A stretch of 64,000 nt of DNA from an uncultured delta proteobacterium (GTDB lineage: Bacteria; Desulfobacterota; Binatia; UBA9968), in assembly GCA_963771465.1 (NCBI GenBank), contig CAVYTU010000015.1, positions 1,184,001 through 1,248,000 on the forward strand. Reading direction: 5' to 3'. Below, in pieces: positions 61,001 through 64,000 of the stretch. The notes beneath the pieces were generated by a model. The model worked only from the letters and a program-made list of their open reading frames with translations, was not told the DNA's origin and ran no database searches. The position numbers were made by a program, and so were the translations under genes. How positions within the stretch are numbered: the first letter of the stretch is position 1; every line of letters begins with the position of its first letter.

Positions 61001-62807
61001 GCTTTTGCAACAAGGCAACAGTGCGCTGGTCGTGTATGGCCGACCAGGCGGATCCAGAGGCCCGCTTGGCAGTGATCATAGCGAGCCTTTGCCGGCGTGC
61101 CTCTATTAACCCGACCCATCGCTGATGCGCCCGTGTGAAAGCGAGCCTTTCCTGCTGCCGGGCGCGGATCCAAGCGATCCTTTCCTGCGGAGACAAGTCC
61201 GGCGGAGGCTCCTCGTCCTCCGGAGCCTGCGGCTCCGGAGGTGGCTCGTCGACAACGGCGCCCCAGACATCCAAAAAAAATTCGGCGCTCAAAAACACCC
61301 ATAGGTGTTCCAGATAGTGGCGGCCCATCAAGTTTCGAATCGAGTAGCTAGACGACCGTCCGTCCATGCTCAGGACCTCGGCCAAGTCTTTGTCGATGCC
61401 TTTTTCCTGATCGAAATCCTCACTCCGGCCGAGGCGCGGCACTTCCGGAAAATTACGCCGCCATAGATCGCGTAGACGGATTAGAAAATCCCGCAGCGCG
61501 ACGTCGCGCGCGAATTGGTTCTGTTGATCGGCCGGCGCCTGCCAGGCGTTGAGCGAGGTCACGGGAAGAATGCCATAGGGCTGCTTGCCGATGCGCAATG
61601 CCGGCAGCGGCCCGCTCGCGCGCACGTAATCGATGAAATGGCTGCGCGCCCAGGCGATGTCATCGTCGCTGAGCGGGCTTTCATTGTCTGCGCCGATACC
61701 GAGCATCTGCAACAGGAAGTAGCCCCACGTCGCCTGCCATAAAGCCGTGTTCATGTGGCGCGCGTCGAGCTGCTCCTTGGTCATCGCATTGGGAAGGTTG
61801 GCAAAAACCTGACCGGCATTCGGCAATCCCAATGCTTTTGTCAGCACATCGGCATTCGAGCCATCGCCGGGTTGAAACGCCGGAGCAGCGCGTTCGGCGA
61901 GATAGCTCGCTTCATGGCCGGGATCTCTGGAGCTGAAGCCGGAAGGCGCATCCGCCGTGTTATTGGAAGGTGTGCCTTCCGGCACGAAACTTAACCCATC
62001 GGTGTAATGGTGCGCGTCGAGCAATTCCGCCAGATGCGGCGTCCAATCTGTCGTCCGGTCGAGCGAATCTTTGATGCCCATCACCAAAACAAAATCCAAT
62101 CCCGCCGCGGCATCCTCTCTTGTCAGTTTTGCGCGAATCCCCATGCCGACGTTTTCCGCCGCGTCGAAATCCACCATCCACTTCATGCCGGCATCGATCC
62201 CGAGTGGGTCAACGTTGGCCGACGGCGAAGGATCCGGACCGGTCGCCAGCGTGTCCGAAATCAATCCTCCTTTGACGTTCACGACCAGCCGGCCGTTTTT
62301 GTAACCCAGCACGATCCACTGATTCGGCAATACGCGCGCCGCCGGTGCGCGCGTCCACGACTCGCTATTGGTCGCAGGAGACGGAAAGCGCGGCGGTTTC
62401 GGCAGCGGCTGATCGACGGCGATCGGATCCGACGGGCGGTCTTCGGGATTCAGCGGTTTGAGCGCGCGCGCGATCCACGCCGCGCGCGGCGGATCGAAAC
62501 GGTCGGCCAACTGGCGCCAGGCGGTTTTTCCGCGTTCTTCGTCGTTCGCCGCGCGCCACGTCTGTTCCCAGAAATGCCGCCCCCAGGCAAGCTCGTCGGC
62601 GGTCAGCTCGGGCTCGTGGGTATCGATATGCACCATATCGGGGTAGACGCGCACGCGCAGCTCGGAACTGCCGTCGACCAGAGTAAAGAACCGCGTTTCC
62701 AACCGCACCGGGAACAACACGAGTGGACGCGCTGGACCAAACGATAGCTGCATCGCGACTTCGGGCGTGTTGGGAATGTTTGGAATGTCAGGATTAGGAG
62801 TACGCAT
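58089..62807 (-). CDS. Uncharacterised 1572-aa protein, second gene of the operon
   Basis: Intact ORF with [56 protein letters not shown]. Confidence 0.88.
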   Translation of the reverse strand: MRTPNPDIPNIPNTPEVAMQLSFGPARPLVLFPVRLETRFFTLVDGSSELRVRVYPDMVHIDTHEPELTADELAWGRHFWEQTWRAANDEERGKTAWRQLADRFDPPRAAWIARALKPLNPEDRPSDPIAVDQPLPKPPRFPSPATNSESWTRAPAARVLPNQWIVLGYKNGRLVVNVKGGLISDTLATGPDPSPSANVDPLGIDAGMKWMVDFDAAENVGMGIRAKLTREDAAAGLDFVLVMGIKDSLDRTTDWTPHLAELLDAHHYTDGLSFVPEGTPSNNTADAPSGFSSRDPGHEASYLAERAAPAFQPGDGSNADVLTKALGLPNAGQVFANLPNAMTKEQLDARHMNTALWQATWGYFLLQMLGIGADNESPLSDDDIAWARSHFIDYVRASGPLPALRIGKQPYGILPVTSLNAWQAPADQQNQFARDVALRDFLIRLRDLWRRNFPEVPRLGRSEDFDQEKGIDKDLAEVLSMDGRSSSYSIRNLMGRHYLEHLWVFLSAEFFLDVWGAVVDEPPPEPQAPEDEEPPPDLSPQERIAWIRARQQERLAFTRAHQRWVGLIEARRQRLAMITAKRASGSAWSAIHDQRTVALLQKLGVTWTPRLAHGVFAPRVANLTGGLVQAGQVAENSPLTPNYIEALLAAQDLDAIRHETILQPPPRTLLYLLLRHSMLLEYAAAASRLLIQRGLLQSSLRREPELVDLPLGQLMQTVWRQMATKITVQGVQDPMELGKYLLGFTPSGEPDVGQEPELKVLSEFRTSLAHLKSLDSARLEQLMTGTLDLCSYRLDAWITSFATKRLAEMRKMNPAGVLFGGYGWVMNLQPAAATIPIVAPTAGESEPVFQLANNPGFIHAPSLAQATTAAVLRSGHLAHAGNQMPNDLLAIDLSSERLRLATWLLDGVRQGQPLGALLGYRFERRLQEAKKPQFISFFRELAPLVARKLEQTDQPVEAIAANNVVDGLELQRRWLAVRKGTDALKELFNPLQKRPPQPELENAKSVLETELDGLADSVDAVSDALMAESMYQVVSGNPVRAAMTVESIAGGETPPPELEVARTPRTGIALTHRLVTLFSGDPQLPFEWASSQESFRANAEPQLNAWAAKLLGNPASVRCAVERIEPTTGQVLETKEIRLNELRLAPLDFIYAVEGGEGGQQAEIEQRIFYTIMRQPNAFAPGSLLRVNTDRKPEWSAGELGYGEFSELLRTARKLITGARGIDADDLNLPERSADSGLDVVELETRAANAEESLRRTTNDFQQFSAPNTANPEALRELIARSAGFGVAGAVPLSAGGDSPAERHILLTQAGSIQKELAQRVAQLTVLPTDPNPNAATVEQRRDHAMARLRLVFGKMFVVLPRFTSVNGAELEQALADSAKIQGGDPLVSTTWFQRMARVREGVARLHAVLSYSEALKTGEKLKLTIAQLPYNANDRWVGLPLQAGMSMAGGKLSLAVQSAAPVDVRRPLAGLLIDEWVEVVPGAKETTGISFQYDQPNAAPPQTILVAVPPQVDLPWTVWSLQQVLLETLDLARIRAVDPDALDEVGHYLPALYFACNTSGHTVSTDFTPIK

Positions 62808-62810
62808 GAA

Positions 62811-64000
62811 TCACGTCGAGCCTTGTTTGATCATTTCTTTCGCATGAATCGCGATGCGCACAGGGCGCTGCAGCGTGATGTAAGCCTGGTGCGCGGAGTT
62901 TTTGCCCCACTTCGCCTTGTCCACAACGTCCGGCAGCGTCGTTTTGGTCGAGGCGTGCGAGAGAGCCTTCAATTCGGCTTCGGTATTAGCGAGGTGCCGC
63001 CAGCTTAGATCATTCCAGGTCTCTAAGTCAGGCAGCGGCTTCGCGAAGTTCGCAACGTCCATCCCGAAGCGCGGCTCGGTTGGCTGTTCCTGTATGACGA
63101 AGAACCAGCCGGGGTCGGCGATGGCTTCTTTCTCGGTCAACGCAAAACCCAGAAACGTGACGTCGGGTTTCAGCGTGCCGCGAAAGATCGGATGGCTTTC
63201 CACGGCCGGGGCGGACAGCTCAAGCTGATCTTGTTCTCGCTTCGCCGCCACAGCATAGATCACCGAGTTCGGATACCGTCGCAGCAGCTCGCCGCGAATG
63301 AGCAGCACCAATTGTTCGCCCGCGCCGGCATTCTCGCCGAGCTTGCGGTCGGGCCATTGGTTAATCCTATCGATGTCCGGTTGATCACTGCCGGCCGATG
63401 TATCCCAGAACTGACGAAAATACGTGCCGCGCTGATCGGTCGGATAATTGCGCCAGAGCAGTTCACGGCTCATTTCAGCGTTGAGTCCGACCAGGAACGA
63501 TTCGACGAATTTTGGGTTGGTCTCAAGCAAGGTGACGGTGTTCGCCGGCACCTTCTCCAAACCGGGAAACAGAAAATCCTGCGAGAGGTCGCGTAGCGCT
63601 TCGTACATCGGTTGCGGGAAGTCCGGCGCATCGAGGATCGGCTCGAGCGGATCGGCGCGCGACTCCGTCCCGCCGGCTATGATCAGCGAAGCTTGCACCC
63701 GCGCGCTGATTGTCTTCTCGGGGTCGACGCTTTGCAGCAGCTGCGCTTTGGTAGCGAGGAGATTCATCCGAACCAACGCCGTGGAAGTCGCCGTAGACAT
63801 GAATGTTTTCTCCAGGTAAGCCTGATGCTCTTTCGCCACATTGCGAAACGCCTGCGCGTCAGCGCTATTGGCCGGCAGTCCCGGCGTGAAGTCCAGCAGC
63901 GTGCGCAGCGGCGCATCCTCGGGAACAATTTTAAAATCGCCCAGCGGCGGCGTGGTTTCGAGCGCGTTGGTCGCATTCTCGAAGCGAACGGTTTGCTTTA
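62811..64000 (-). CDS. Uncharacterised large protein, first visible gene of the operon (5' end beyond the window)
   Basis: Frame open to the window edge; FPQPMY, ELLWRNYPTDQRGTYFRQFWD, IRGELLRRYP, FFVIQEQPTEPRFG. Confidence 0.85.
   Translation of the reverse strand, partial: KQTVRFENATNALETTPPLGDFKIVPEDAPLRTLLDFTPGLPANSADAQAFRNVAKEHQAYLEKTFMSTATSTALVRMNLLATKAQLLQSVDPEKTISARVQASLIIAGGTESRADPLEPILDAPDFPQPMYEALRDLSQDFLFPGLEKVPANTVTLLETNPKFVESFLVGLNAEMSRELLWRNYPTDQRGTYFRQFWDTSAGSDQPDIDRINQWPDRKLGENAGAGEQLVLLIRGELLRRYPNSVIYAVAAKREQDQLELSAPAVESHPIFRGTLKPDVTFLGFALTEKEAIADPGWFFVIQEQPTEPRFGMDVANFAKPLPDLETWNDLSWRHLANTEAELKALSHASTKTTLPDVVDKAKWGKNSAHQAYITLQRPVRIAIHAKEMIKQGST

Noticed and set aside
56188-63819. 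Plus-strand ORFs overlapping the large operon, and similar shadow ORFs throughout the window
   Set aside because: Antisense shadows expected in GC-rich coding DNA; no motifs or RBS support

Overview
Bacterial DNA of moderately high GC. The gene style (many orphan solute-binding proteins, cupins, VOC and M24-like proteins) resembles Candidatus Binatia/Deltaproteobacteria, but that assignment is inference only. Region 1-35 kb is a catabolic/transport backbone: seven orphan ABC substrate-binding proteins, a CCG-type Fe-S protein, hydrolases, a cupin+EutA pair, tandem VOC/M24-like genes, lnt, a DUF1302-DUF1329-YCF48-RND uptake module, nth and a LigAB-like dioxygenase. Several of these genes carry single-base frameshifts that look like assembly errors. 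At 35.2-36.2 kb a sigma54-type promoter precedes four small proteins, one with an exact C2H2 zinc-finger pattern. From about 36.3 kb to the end the window is a decayed accretion island. It holds tRNA-Phe 3'-end att relics, tyrosine-integrase fragments with TGGCAAAGT repeats, TIR genes, an IS630 fragment and integron gene cassettes with matching core/inverse-core sites but no intI. One cassette carries a 1.9-kb propionate-CoA ligase gene, and two sit directly behind a repeated attI-like motif. The window ends in an intact, tightly coupled operon of three large uncharacterised proteins (>395, 1572 and 588 aa), the best candidate for an undescribed system.
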